The notes below the pieces were generated by a model. The model saw only the letters and a list, made by a program, of their open reading frames with translations. It made no database searches and was not told the origin of the DNA. Shown in pieces: positions 9,015-17,437 of a DNA stretch of 59,694 nt. Source of the DNA: a virus (taxonomy: Duplodnaviria > Caudoviricetes); IMG/VR virus record IMGVR_UViG_3300006169_000023, positions 1 to 59,694 of that record; one strand, given 5' to 3'. Each line of letters opens with the position of its first letter. Within the stretch, counting starts at the first letter, position 1. The position numbers were made by a program, and so were the translations under genes.

Positions 9015-9722
9015 TCAGGCCGCCTTTCGGCTGCAGGTGCCGCAGCGGAAGCCTTCCATCTGGCCCAGCTCCACCCCGTACTCGCGCAGCCGCTCCTGCA
9101 TCGCCGGCGGCTGCATGGCCGCACGGACCATCGACTCGACGCCGGCGGCCGCCGGGCCGAACCACTCGACGGGGAGGTCGAACTGCTCCACGTCGTGCGC
9201 CTTGATGCACCAGATCGGCTCGCCGCGGCGATCGCCGGACTTCGCGAACTTCGGCGCGCCGAACCCGTCCTCTGCCTGGCCGCAGTGCAGCAGCTCGTGG
9301 GTGATCACCGCCAGCTTGGTAGCGAGCGAGACGGTCTCCGCGGCGAAGTACTGCGCGTCGTAGGTGATGATGAAGTCCGGGATGTCGAACCCGAACAGGT
9401 GGTGCATGTAGGCGGACTGCCGGTCCATGATCCAGCGCTTCGCCGGCCGCGGCTCGAAGATCTCGGCCATGCCCGCGGTCAGCCTACCGCCGCTGTTGGC
9501 GATCGGCGCCTGGACGTTCGCCCAGAGCACCCCGATCCGGGCGACCTGGAGGTGTGCGAATTTGTCGTTCGGGAAGAGTCCGCCGGAGTGGATCCAGTGC
9601 TCCGCCTGGAAGCGTTCCATCTCCTCGTCGCGCACGAAGACCGGCACGCCCCAGTCCTGCAGGGCGCGCGGAGGCGGCATCGGGATCTCGATGCGCGGGG
9701 GATCGGCGGCTCGTCGCTTCAC
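9015..9722 (-). CDS. putative phage metallopeptidase
   Basis: GTG 9722 overlaps the upstream stop; HL..ARIG.LW, PDF.IT.DA, HELLHC, HDVEQF. Confidence 0.8.
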   Translation of the reverse strand: MKRRAADPPRIEIPMPPPRALQDWGVPVFVRDEEMERFQAEHWIHSGGLFPNDKFAHLQVARIGVLWANVQAPIANSGGRLTAGMAEIFEPRPAKRWIMDRQSAYMHHLFGFDIPDFIITYDAQYFAAETVSLATKLAVITHELLHCGQAEDGFGAPKFAKSGDRRGEPIWCIKAHDVEQFDLPVEWFGPAAAGVESMVRAAMQPPAMQERLREYGVELGQMEGFRCGTCSRKAA

Positions 9723-10039
9723 GACGCGGCCTTGAGCGGGTTCGCTGCCCCGATCTCGGCCTCGTCGCGGTCGACCACCGGCGTCCCCTCGGGTACCTGG
9801 GTCTCGGTCGAGACGATCTCGTACTCGGTGATCATGCCGCACTTGGGACAGCGGATGCCGAGGCAGATCCGCCTGGAGCTGCACTCCACTTCCTCGAACC
9901 GCTCCAGGATCCGGCCGGTCGCCTTCAGCACCCAGGGGTGCATCTGGACCATCGAGCCGCAGACGCGGCCCTTGAACCGTGCGTTGCCGCGGCGCGCCTC
10001 CGGGTGCTCGGCCCGGCAGGTCAGCTGAGTGTAGGTCAT
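9719..10039 (-). CDS. Com-like zinc-finger regulator (candidate late antiterminator)
   Basis: LTC-x18-CGSMV...LGIRCPKCG resembles Mu Com (IRC..C.KLL...IEIRCPRC); first gene after cassette 1. Confidence 0.65.
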   Translation of the reverse strand: MTYTQLTCRAEHPEARRGNARFKGRVCGSMVQMHPWVLKATGRILERFEEVECSSRRICLGIRCPKCGMITEYEIVSTETQVPEGTPVVDRDEAEIGAANPLKAAS

Positions 10040-10065
10040 GCCGCGGCCGCTCCCGCTGATGGCCG

Positions 10066-10120
10066 AACAACGCGGAAAGCCCCCGACGCCGGCGCGGGTG
10101 CGCCAGCAGCGGGGGCCCTC
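10066..10120 (-). terminator. intrinsic terminator/attenuator ahead of the com-like and packaging genes (cassette 1)
   Basis: GCCCCCG-CT-GCTGGCGC-ACCC-GCGCCGGC-GT-CGGGGGC then TTTCCGCGTTGTT. Confidence 0.75.
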
Positions 10121-10130
10121 AGGGAGCCTC
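10113..10130 (-). promoter_or_regulatory. tandem GAGnnnCC box, cassette 1
   Basis: GAGGCTCC-CT-GAGGGCCC; the second box lies in the stem 5' arm. Confidence 0.75.
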
Positions 10131-10150
10131 GTTCGTGAGTTTCCTGCTGA

Positions 10151-10179
10151 AGGGTAGGGAAGTGCCGTGGGGCGGTCAA
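10151..10179 (-). promoter_or_regulatory. sigma70-type promoter, cassette 1
   Basis: TTGACC-N17-TACCCT. Confidence 0.75.
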
Positions 10180-10294
10180 GTTATCCGGCTGGCCAGGGTG
10201 GGCGAGTGCAGTTGTGGTTGGAGTGGTGTGGGGGCGAATCTCCGTGTAAGACCGGTCCGTATTCGAGGGACAGACCTTCACCGGAGTTACTGGC

Positions 10295-10846
10295 GTGATC
10301 AGCGACCTGCTCACCTGGATGAATGCCAATGCAGCGGCCATTCAGGCCCTGTCGACGGTGGTACTCGTACTTATCACCGGGTGGTACGCACTGCGCACCC
10401 ACCAGCTCACCTCGGCATCGCAGGAGCAGCTCGCGCTCCTCCGCAGAGCGCACGAACACGACGTGGAGGTGACGCTCTCGAGCGCCCTTGTTCCATTTCC
10501 CGACGGGCGCACGGTCGAGGCGTTCTCTCTCAAGGCTGGGAATCGGGGGCATCGCGCGGTAACTCTAAACGAACCAGTGATAGTGCTCCCGGATGATCGG
10601 ACACTGGTCCTGATGGGGAACGGCCTCGCTCCCGACGGTCCGTTCCCTCGGCGCCTTGAATCGGGTGAAGGGTGCTCGATGGTCGTCGCCGTGGCTGACA
10701 TCATCGGCGCGTTGATCCAGAACGGTTTGCGCGGGAAGGTCCAGGTTCGAGTGCGGTTCTCTGACAAGGTGGACAACCGCTTTGAAAGCAGGCCGATCAC
10801 GATCGACATCACCAAGTGGGCAAGTCGGCTGCAGGGGACTCGATAG
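10295..10846 (+). CDS. moron-like membrane-anchored hypothetical protein
   Basis: N-terminal TM (AIQALSTVVLVLITGWYAL); counter-oriented and less GC-skewed than its flanks. Confidence 0.75.
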   Translation: MISDLLTWMNANAAAIQALSTVVLVLITGWYALRTHQLTSASQEQLALLRRAHEHDVEVTLSSALVPFPDGRTVEAFSLKAGNRGHRAVTLNEPVIVLPDDRTLVLMGNGLAPDGPFPRRLESGEGCSMVVAVADIIGALIQNGLRGKVQVRVRFSDKVDNRFESRPITIDITKWASRLQGTR

Positions 10847-10859
10847 GGCGCTGCAACGG

Positions 10860-11564
10860 TCACGCGGACCTCCGCCGCCCGGCGTGCTCCGGGTACAGCT
10901 CGGCGACCACGTCGGACTGCCAGTACTCCTTGGTGTCGGCGTCCAGGATGGAGAGCCGCCCCTCGAAGCCGCCGCCGGTGTCGACGTTCCAGATCTCGCA
11001 GCGCTGCAGCGGCACGGTCGACCCGGCCCGCGTCGTGGTGGAGTGGCCAATGAAGACCTCCCGGAACATCGTGAGCTGACCGGTCTTCCGGAGCACCGCG
11101 GTCTTCCACATGTCCCGGTCCCAGATCAGCTCGTCCGGATCCGCCTTCGCTGGGTGCGGGTTGAAGTACCAGTCCCACCCCGCATGGACGAACATCCGGT
11201 CGCCGTCCTGGAACCAGTGCCGCGCAGTCTCCAGGTAGCGGAGGTGGGCGAACGGCACCTTGCACCGGGTGCCGCAGTACGCGTCGATGGTCGCCTGGCC
11301 GCCCTGCTCGAGCCAGTACGGCGGCGGGTATGGCTCCCGCAGCCACTGCAGGAGCCAGGCGTCGTGGTTGCCGAGCAGATGCACCAGGTTCGGGATCCGG
11401 AGCAGCTCGTCGATGCACGCCGGCGTCTCCGGCCATCCATCGGCGACGTCGCCCAGGAAGACGACGCGATCGCCGGCCGGGTCGAAGTTGCAGCGCTCGA
11501 GGACCTGGATGAGTGCGCGGTGTCCGCCGTGCACGTCGCCGAGGACGAGAGTGCGGCCACTCAC
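10860..11564 (-). CDS. metallophosphoesterase (lambda NinI/PrpA-like phosphatase)
   Basis: GDVHG, LGDVADG, GNHD, FVHAG, IGHS, VDTG. Confidence 0.9.
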   Translation of the reverse strand: MSGRTLVLGDVHGGHRALIQVLERCNFDPAGDRVVFLGDVADGWPETPACIDELLRIPNLVHLLGNHDAWLLQWLREPYPPPYWLEQGGQATIDAYCGTRCKVPFAHLRYLETARHWFQDGDRMFVHAGWDWYFNPHPAKADPDELIWDRDMWKTAVLRKTGQLTMFREVFIGHSTTTRAGSTVPLQRCEIWNVDTGGGFEGRLSILDADTKEYWQSDVVAELYPEHAGRRRSA

Positions 11565-11836
11565 GAACCCTCCTGCGGCGCCAGGTACCCCTGGGGTCCA
11601 ACCTGCAGTGACAGCGGCTGCAGGGGCTGACCGAACGTAAGCACGCCCAGGTAGAGATCCTCACCCGCGGCGATCGCGGCGCGTTCCTCGTCGGTGAATG
11701 TCCACCGCGTGAGCAGGAACGGCGCATTGCCGTAGGCGGCGTGGGCGTACACCGCGGCGACCAGCGGTGAGTACTCCAGCTGGTCCTCCGCGATGGTGAT
11801 CTCCTCGGCGCCGGTGCGCGGTGCGATCATCCTCAC
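11561..11836 (-). CDS. hypothetical phage protein
   Basis: Coupled ORF; AEDQ.EY.PL, TRW.FT.EER..IA.G, TFGQPLQP. Confidence 0.7.
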   Translation of the reverse strand: MRMIAPRTGAEEITIAEDQLEYSPLVAAVYAHAAYGNAPFLLTRWTFTDEERAAIAAGEDLYLGVLTFGQPLQPLSLQVGPQGYLAPQEGS

Positions 11837-12204
11837 GCGACCCTCCGGGGCCGTGCGCGGCCATGCAGCCCGCGTGCGGTGATCGGGTGCCGCGGCGGAT
11901 CCGTCGTCGACGACTGCTGCCAGGCCAGCTCACCGCGCTGGTACCGGGCGAGCCGCTCCGCCATCAGGTTCCGCAGCTCCAGGGTGGCCGCGGACGCCGG
12001 CGGCTCCGGAGCCGCCGGCTGCAGCTCGTTCCAGGCGCGCCGGGCGTCGTTCTGCTTCGCGCGGATCGGGCTCTGCCGGTGACAGAAGGCGCAGGCGACC
12101 TGGAACGCGGTGTTCCCGATCCGCTCCATCACCGGGTATCGGCCGCAGCAGGGGACGGTCGGGACCACGCGCGCGGCGGCGTCAGCTCTCGGCATCAGGA
12201 TCAC
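11833..12204 (-). CDS. Lar-like zinc-binding hypothetical protein
   Basis: PCCG...VACAFC...A.RAWN. Confidence 0.5.
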   Translation of the reverse strand: MILMPRADAAARVVPTVPCCGRYPVMERIGNTAFQVACAFCHRQSPIRAKQNDARRAWNELQPAAPEPPASAATLELRNLMAERLARYQRGELAWQQSSTTDPPRHPITARGLHGRARPRRVA

Positions 12205-12427
12205 CTCCCAGCGGGATGGACTGGACGGGCGGGCACTGCTGGCACCGCTCCTCCTGCGGGACCTGGTCCCCGGTCACGTACCCGAGCCCTGAGAGGCCGC
12301 AATCGGTCACCACCTCGCCGAAGTTGCCGTTCCACGGCCGGTGGGTCCCGCGATGGACCAGGGGATTGCCGTCCAACGTCACGAGCGCCCCCGTGGTGAC
12401 GCCGCAGATCACCTCAACCCGGTACAT
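12182..12427 (-). CDS. hypothetical Cys-containing protein
   Basis: MYRVEVICG..H...TDCG...CQQC; overlaps both neighbours. Confidence 0.5.
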   Translation of the reverse strand: MYRVEVICGVTTGALVTLDGNPLVHRGTHRPWNGNFGEVVTDCGLSGLGYVTGDQVPQEERCQQCPPVQSIPLGGDPDAES

Positions 12428-12761
12428 CGCCCACCTCCTGGTGGGTGTCCGCTCCCTCCCACAGCGCGCGCACCTGGTCCCACTCCGCCACGTCGCAGGC
12501 GGCGCCCAGGACGTGGCGGTGCTCACGACCACTCGCCGCGGCGATCGCCCGCAGCCGCTCCTCCCGCGCGTACTCCTCCTCCAGGTCGCGCTGGATCACG
12601 GCGCGCGTGGCTACCGGCAGCTGCGACCAGATCCCGCGGAGCCAGCGGCAGATGGCGCCGACGACGTAGGTGCGGCGCCCCATCGCGTACCGGACGGCGG
12701 CGATCACCACCAGGTGGGCGTCCGTGCCGGTGAGAGTGATGGGCTCGCCCGCCTCGCTCAC
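12414..12761 (-). CDS. hypothetical phage protein
   Basis: AVRYAMGRRTYVV motif common in phage proteins. Confidence 0.7.
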   Translation of the reverse strand: MSEAGEPITLTGTDAHLVVIAAVRYAMGRRTYVVGAICRWLRGIWSQLPVATRAVIQRDLEEEYAREERLRAIAAASGREHRHVLGAACDVAEWDQVRALWEGADTHQEVGDVPG

Positions 12762-13468
12762 GCTCCCTCCTTGGTGGTCTCCGGCTGCGCTTGCGGGCGC
12801 AGGGCGGCGCGGCTCAGCGGTACAGGCTGGGGTTCCGGTGATCCCGCCACTTCCCCCCGCACGGCATCGCGAAGTGCAGGCGACCCCGGATCGCCCATGC
12901 GTAGTGCCTCGGGGCGCACGTCACGATCGGGCGCCGCTTCCGGAACGGCAGCGGTCGGTTCGCGAACCAGATCATTGAGCCTCTCGGCGTATTGGTAGCC
13001 AGCGCGCTCCCGCGCCTCCTGTCCTGCTGGCGCGGCGTCCTCCGCATCCAACTCCGCTTCCAGCGCATCGACATGCTTGAACGGGCTTGGCGCGGGTGCC
13101 TCCTGGGGTGCACTCGTCGGGGCTGCGGGCGCCTCCTCGAGCTGCGACAGCGCCCGGGCCAGCCGCCCCTCCGCGTGCAGCCGGCTGTGCAGCGACTGCG
13201 GCCGCACCACGTCGACCGCCGCGGCCGCGACCCGCTCGAGCGCGTCCACCCGCGGCCCGGTACCGGCCACGGCCTCGATCAGCTCCGCTACCGCCTGGAC
13301 GACGTCCGCCGGCCACTCCCACCGCTCCGGGATCCGGCCGGTGCGCGTGGCCGCGGTGACGCCGAGCAGCGTCAGGACCTCCGCGGCGAACTCCCTGGGC
13401 GTCGGCATCGGCGCGGGCTCAGCGCTGCGGATGACTGGACGCGTGCCCATGATCTTGTCGCTTCCCAT
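12758..13468 (-). CDS. hypothetical protein
   Basis: ATG 13468 overlaps the RuvC stop; coupled to the downstream ORF. Confidence 0.55.
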   Translation of the reverse strand: MGSDKIMGTRPVIRSAEPAPMPTPREFAAEVLTLLGVTAATRTGRIPERWEWPADVVQAVAELIEAVAGTGPRVDALERVAAAAVDVVRPQSLHSRLHAEGRLARALSQLEEAPAAPTSAPQEAPAPSPFKHVDALEAELDAEDAAPAGQEARERAGYQYAERLNDLVREPTAAVPEAAPDRDVRPEALRMGDPGSPALRDAVRGEVAGSPEPQPVPLSRAALRPQAQPETTKEGA

Positions 13469-13995
13469 TACGCCGCCTCCTTCCACTCGACGCCGGCGAT
13501 CGCCGCCGCCTGCTCCTTCGGGAACGGCACGGCGCACCGGCCCTGCTGCAGCAGCGCCATGTGCAGCAGGAAGAGCGCGTCGGCCTCGTTGTGGTCTGAG
13601 CCTTGGTAGCCGAGCCGCTTCACCGCGGCGACCAGCATGTCCTCCTTCTTCGCGTTTCCCTTCCCGGTGGCGAACCGCTTGAGCGCCGACGGCTGCACGA
13701 CCACCAGCGGGATGCAGTCGTCGTGAAGCGCGAGGCGGATCACGCCGCCGAGCTCGCCCAGCTGGTGCGCCTGGTGCTGGCTGGCGTACGAGTAGCCCTC
13801 GATGACGACCAGCTCGGCCTCGGCGGAGTGGATCTCGGAACAGACGCTGTCCCGGATCCAGGCGAGGCGCTGCGTGCCGGTGATGCCCTTCGGGGGCACG
13901 AGGACGCCGGTCGTCGGTGGGTAGACCTCCTGGTCGACCGCGAAACCGGTCCGCGTCAGCGAGAGGTCGAAGGCGATGGTTCGCATCGGTGTCAT
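13468..13995 (-). CDS. ruvC: RuvC-like Holliday junction resolvase
   Basis: IAFDLSLTRTG, VVIEGY, ELGGV, LK.FATGKGNA.K, HNEADA. Confidence 0.88.
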   Translation of the reverse strand: MTPMRTIAFDLSLTRTGFAVDQEVYPPTTGVLVPPKGITGTQRLAWIRDSVCSEIHSAEAELVVIEGYSYASQHQAHQLGELGGVIRLALHDDCIPLVVVQPSALKRFATGKGNAKKEDMLVAAVKRLGYQGSDHNEADALFLLHMALLQQGRCAVPFPKEQAAAIAGVEWKEAA

Positions 13996-14009
13996 TTCGC
14001 GCGAAATGG

Positions 14010-15044
14010 TCAGAAGGGGAGCGAATCCCACTCGGGATCCGCGGAGTCGTCCACCAGGAGGTTCGCCACCATGTCTTCGGCGCCGAGCACGGGCTCGGCG
14101 ATCACCGTCCCGCAGCCGCGGCACCGGCCCCACGGGCTGACCGGCTGGTCCCGGTCGCAGGCGGGGCAGTGCTCCTGGTCGTCCCACGCCCACCAGGCGA
14201 ATTGGCCGCGGTCGACGACGAGCTCACCGGTTACCGGGTGGTGGCATACGGTCACCGTCGGGATCCAGCGGTCGACCGCCGCGGCCAGCTGCTGCAGCGC
14301 CGCGCGGACCCGCAGCCAGTCCTGCCGCACGCACCAGCTGAGGGAGGACCGCAGCTCCTCGAACAGGTCCCGGTCGGGGATGCGGACGCCGGCGGCTGCG
14401 AGGAAGGCGCGCACCGTCGCCACGTCCCGGGCGCGCTCGTAGGTGGTGAGCCGCTCGATCTCCTCGACGCGCCGCTGCTCCCGGAACGGCGAACGGTCCG
14501 CCATCACCCCGAGTCGCTCCCGGATGACCGCGCGCAGGGCGGGGAAGCCGGAGAGCACGCCCTCGGGCTGATGCCAGCGGTACAGCTGGCCGTGGATATG
14601 GAAGGCGAAGAGGTAGAGCGTCGTCCGCGAGTAGACCCCGCTGCCGCCGCACTTCCGGCAGCTCCAGCCGCGGCATGCGTCCTCACCGAAGTAGCCCCAG
14701 CACGGACGGACGTCCTCCTGCGCCTCCAGGATGAACGGGACGCCGGCGGCCACCAGGTGCGCGACGAACGGGGTCTTCAGCCGGTAGACGACGTTCCGGT
14801 CCGGGGAGACCTTCGCGTCCCGGTTGAGCCGCCACATCGCCCGCGCGGCGGCCGCCACGTCGCCCCGGGCCCGGTACCGGCCGACGGCGGCGCCGAGCTT
14901 CCGGGCGACCCACCGCATCGTCGAGCGCGGCGCGAAGTGGTCGATGAAGCGCTTGGCGCTCCCGCCGGCGACCGTAAACCACCGGGGCAGCAGGAGTTGG
15001 CGGGCGGCGCCGGTGGTGGCCGGACCGGCGATCGTTTCAGCCAT
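14010..15044 (-). CDS. hypothetical protein with zinc-ribbon motifs
   Basis: ATG 15044; C.KC.GSGVY, Y.WHQP, CPAC..CRGC. Confidence 0.65.
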   Translation of the reverse strand: MAETIAGPATTGAARQLLLPRWFTVAGGSAKRFIDHFAPRSTMRWVARKLGAAVGRYRARGDVAAAARAMWRLNRDAKVSPDRNVVYRLKTPFVAHLVAAGVPFILEAQEDVRPCWGYFGEDACRGWSCRKCGGSGVYSRTTLYLFAFHIHGQLYRWHQPEGVLSGFPALRAVIRERLGVMADRSPFREQRRVEEIERLTTYERARDVATVRAFLAAAGVRIPDRDLFEELRSSLSWCVRQDWLRVRAALQQLAAAVDRWIPTVTVCHHPVTGELVVDRGQFAWWAWDDQEHCPACDRDQPVSPWGRCRGCGTVIAEPVLGAEDMVANLLVDDSADPEWDSLPF

Positions 15045-15046
15045 CT

Positions 15047-16000
15047 TCACCCCCTGGACAGACGGCCGTCCTGCTCCCCCCGCACCTGGACGACCCGGTA
15101 GGCGCCGAGCCGCGAGTGGATCCGTTCGGCGTCGAACTCGACCTGCGGACCCGCCGCCGCGACCAGGTGTTCCGCGATCCCGTCCGGGTCCGGGTTCATG
15201 GTGATCACCGTCGGCCGGCCCTCCCGGTGATTCAGGATCGTGAACGCGATGTCGACGACGTCGGGCTTGATCTTCCCGGCGAACAGGTCGTCCAGGAGCA
15301 GCACGTCGGTCCGGATGCAGCGGTTGATCACCGCCCAGCTGTCCGCGCGGCCATACGTGCCCTGGACCTCGTGGACGAGGGCGCGCCAGTCGACCAGCAG
15401 CACCGACCGCCGCGGCTCCAGCCCGCCTTCGACCAGGTGGCGGAGGACGCAGTGCAGCAGCTCCGTCTTCGCGAGGCCGGTCTCGCCCCAGAGGAGCACG
15501 CCGCGCACGGGCTCGAAGCGGTCCGGCCGGCCGAGGACCTGGTCGGCGAACGCCATGGCCGCCGCGCGGGCAACGCCCCGACCCTCCCACGGCTCGAAGG
15601 TGTCGAAGCTGCTCGTCCCGAACCGCCACGGGTTGCCACCCGCCGAGGCGAGGCGATCGCGGATGTCGGGGCCCCGCTGGCTCCTGCCGGTACCGGGCGC
15701 CTCGGCCCGGAACAGGTCCTGGACGCAGCTCCGGCAGATCTCCCCCTCCGTCGGGTGCTGGACCAGCGCGCCGGCGGACTGGCTGCAGCGCGGGCAGACC
15801 GGTCCGCCCTCCGCCGCCGGGGCGGGGACCTGCACGGCGATCGGGGTGAGCGCCGCGTCCGCGGTTCGCTGGGCGGCGAGCTCGGTCCGACGCGCCTTCA
15901 GCCGGCGCTGCAGGTCTTCCAGCGCTGCGGCCTCACTCACTGATGATCCTCCCGCGGCGGGGCCGGGTGCCGGCGGGCTTTCCAGCTCGGTGGTGTCCAT
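15047..16000 (-). CDS. DnaC/IstB-like AAA+ helicase loader
   Basis: SFDTF, LLWGETGLAKT, LLLDDL, I.N.R..RPTVIT.N, RI.SRL; follows the initiator. Confidence 0.82.
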   Translation of the reverse strand: MDTTELESPPAPGPAAGGSSVSEAAALEDLQRRLKARRTELAAQRTADAALTPIAVQVPAPAAEGGPVCPRCSQSAGALVQHPTEGEICRSCVQDLFRAEAPGTGRSQRGPDIRDRLASAGGNPWRFGTSSFDTFEPWEGRGVARAAAMAFADQVLGRPDRFEPVRGVLLWGETGLAKTELLHCVLRHLVEGGLEPRRSVLLVDWRALVHEVQGTYGRADSWAVINRCIRTDVLLLDDLFAGKIKPDVVDIAFTILNHREGRPTVITMNPDPDGIAEHLVAAAGPQVEFDAERIHSRLGAYRVVQVRGEQDGRLSRG

Positions 16001-16835
16001 GGGTACCGTTCCGTGACTGCGGGCCGGAACGCGCGGCGTGCGCCTCCCGGACGGCGGAGTCGAAGTACTTGAGCGTGGTGATCTGGTGCTGGCGGTCAGG
16101 CTGGTAGCCGCGGGACTTCGCGTGGATCACCGGCAGCGCGGTGTCCGGGGTGATCCCGCAGGCCTCCCAGTCCTGGACGACGAGGGCGGATGCGGCGTGG
16201 TCGGCTGGGATGGCACGCAGCCGGGACTGGTCGATGGCAGGGTTGTCCGCCATCGCGGAGTTGGCGGCCTCGATGGCACGGGCCAGGAACGACCCTCCAT
16301 GCGCGCCCGCGCCCGGTGAGTCAGTAGTCTCTCCGTTTCCGTCTTCCGTCTTCCGTCTTCCGTCTTCCGTGTTCGCCTTGGGTTCGGTAACCCTTCCGCA
16401 ACCCTTCGCCTTGGGTTCCTTCGCGGACGGCGCGGCGAAGGGGTCCGGCAGCTCGTAGTAGGTGGCGAAATCCCTGACGATCTGGAGCTTCGGCAGCGTC
16501 TTCAGGTGCGCGAGGATGCTGGTCCTCGTGTTCGGCACGCGGAGCGGATTGGTCGGGTCGAAGCGCAGGCCGTTCCGCAGCCAGAAGACGTTGCGCTCGG
16601 TCCGGATCCAGTCCGCGGCCTTGAGCTGCTCCAACCCTTCGCTAACCCTTGCGGCGTCCATCCCGGTGTAGCGTGGCAGCACCTCGGGATAGAAGACCTC
16701 GATGCCCGACTTCCCCAGCTTGAGCTTGAGGATCAGCAGGACGGCGCGCGCTGCATCCCCCAGCTCGAGGAACTCCGGGCTGTCGATCAGGGCGACGTAG
16801 ATGCCCCGGTACTCGCCGCGATCGTGGTCCGTCAC
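15933..16835 (-). CDS. replication initiator protein (lambda O-like layout)
   Basis: N-terminal winged helix (SPEFLEL...AR.VLL.L), central repeat linker, C-terminal I.TLKYF..AV. Confidence 0.7.
   Translation of the reverse strand: MTDHDRGEYRGIYVALIDSPEFLELGDAARAVLLILKLKLGKSGIEVFYPEVLPRYTGMDAARVSEGLEQLKAADWIRTERNVFWLRNGLRFDPTNPLRVPNTRTSILAHLKTLPKLQIVRDFATYYELPDPFAAPSAKEPKAKGCGRVTEPKANTEDGRRKTEDGNGETTDSPGAGAHGGSFLARAIEAANSAMADNPAIDQSRLRAIPADHAASALVVQDWEACGITPDTALPVIHAKSRGYQPDRQHQITTLKYFDSAVREAHAARSGPQSRNGTHGHHRAGKPAGTRPRRGRIISE
16337..16418. repeat. putative replication origin iterons inside the initiator gene
   Basis: (TTCCGTC)x4 plus a partial copy at 16337-16370; TTCGCCTTGGGTTC at 16372 and 16405; AACCCTTC x2. 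Confidence 0.65.
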
Positions 16836-17437
16836 AGGAGGCTCCCCTGCAGGTGGGAGTCGTTCGGCCGCCGCGCGGCGGGGGCGACCGATGGTGGGAT
16901 CGGCCGGGGCAGGCGCGCCGGCACGACGATCTTCCGCGTCTCGTCGGTGAGCTCGAGGCGGGTGTACCACGCCCCGGGCTCGGCGCCGAAGAGCACGCGG
17001 ACCTGGTCGAGCTCCAGGCACGTCTCGGTGGCCACCGAGACGTCCAGGTCGAAGGGGAATGCCAGCGGCCTGCAGGACAGCACCGGCAGCCGGTGGCGGA
17101 TGGCGTGGTCAGGTGCCCACGCCGGGGGGCTCCAGGCATCGTCGTCGATGCCCGGCGGGTTGATGGCGGTGGAGACGGTCTGGACCTGGTGGCCATCCTC
17201 GCCGCCCAGCCACCACTCTGCGAGTTGCAGCACGTCGCCCGGATACCAGGGGCGGGGCGCATCCCGCTCCGGTACCCGCGGCTCGCGTGAGAACCCGTAG
17301 GCCTCGCGCTGCTGGGCGCGCTCCTCCGGAGAGGGCGGCAGCAGGCTCAGGATCGCCCACGTGGAGCGACCCGAGCCCACAGCGCGCTGCAGCGCCCGGG
17401 ACTGCACGTCGGACAGGTGCACCCGGTGGGTCTTCAT
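16832..17437 (-). CDS. hypothetical protein
   Basis: Coupled ORF; PW.PGDVL.L.E.W segment. Confidence 0.6.
   Translation of the reverse strand: MKTHRVHLSDVQSRALQRAVGSGRSTWAILSLLPPSPEERAQQREAYGFSREPRVPERDAPRPWYPGDVLQLAEWWLGGEDGHQVQTVSTAINPPGIDDDAWSPPAWAPDHAIRHRLPVLSCRPLAFPFDLDVSVATETCLELDQVRVLFGAEPGAWYTRLELTDETRKIVVPARLPRPIPPSVAPAARRPNDSHLQGSLL

Noticed and set aside
10860-11564. Phosphoesterase as the SbcD partner of the SbcC-like ATPase
   Set aside because: Its motifs fit NinI/PrpA-type phosphatases and it lies about 18 kb away
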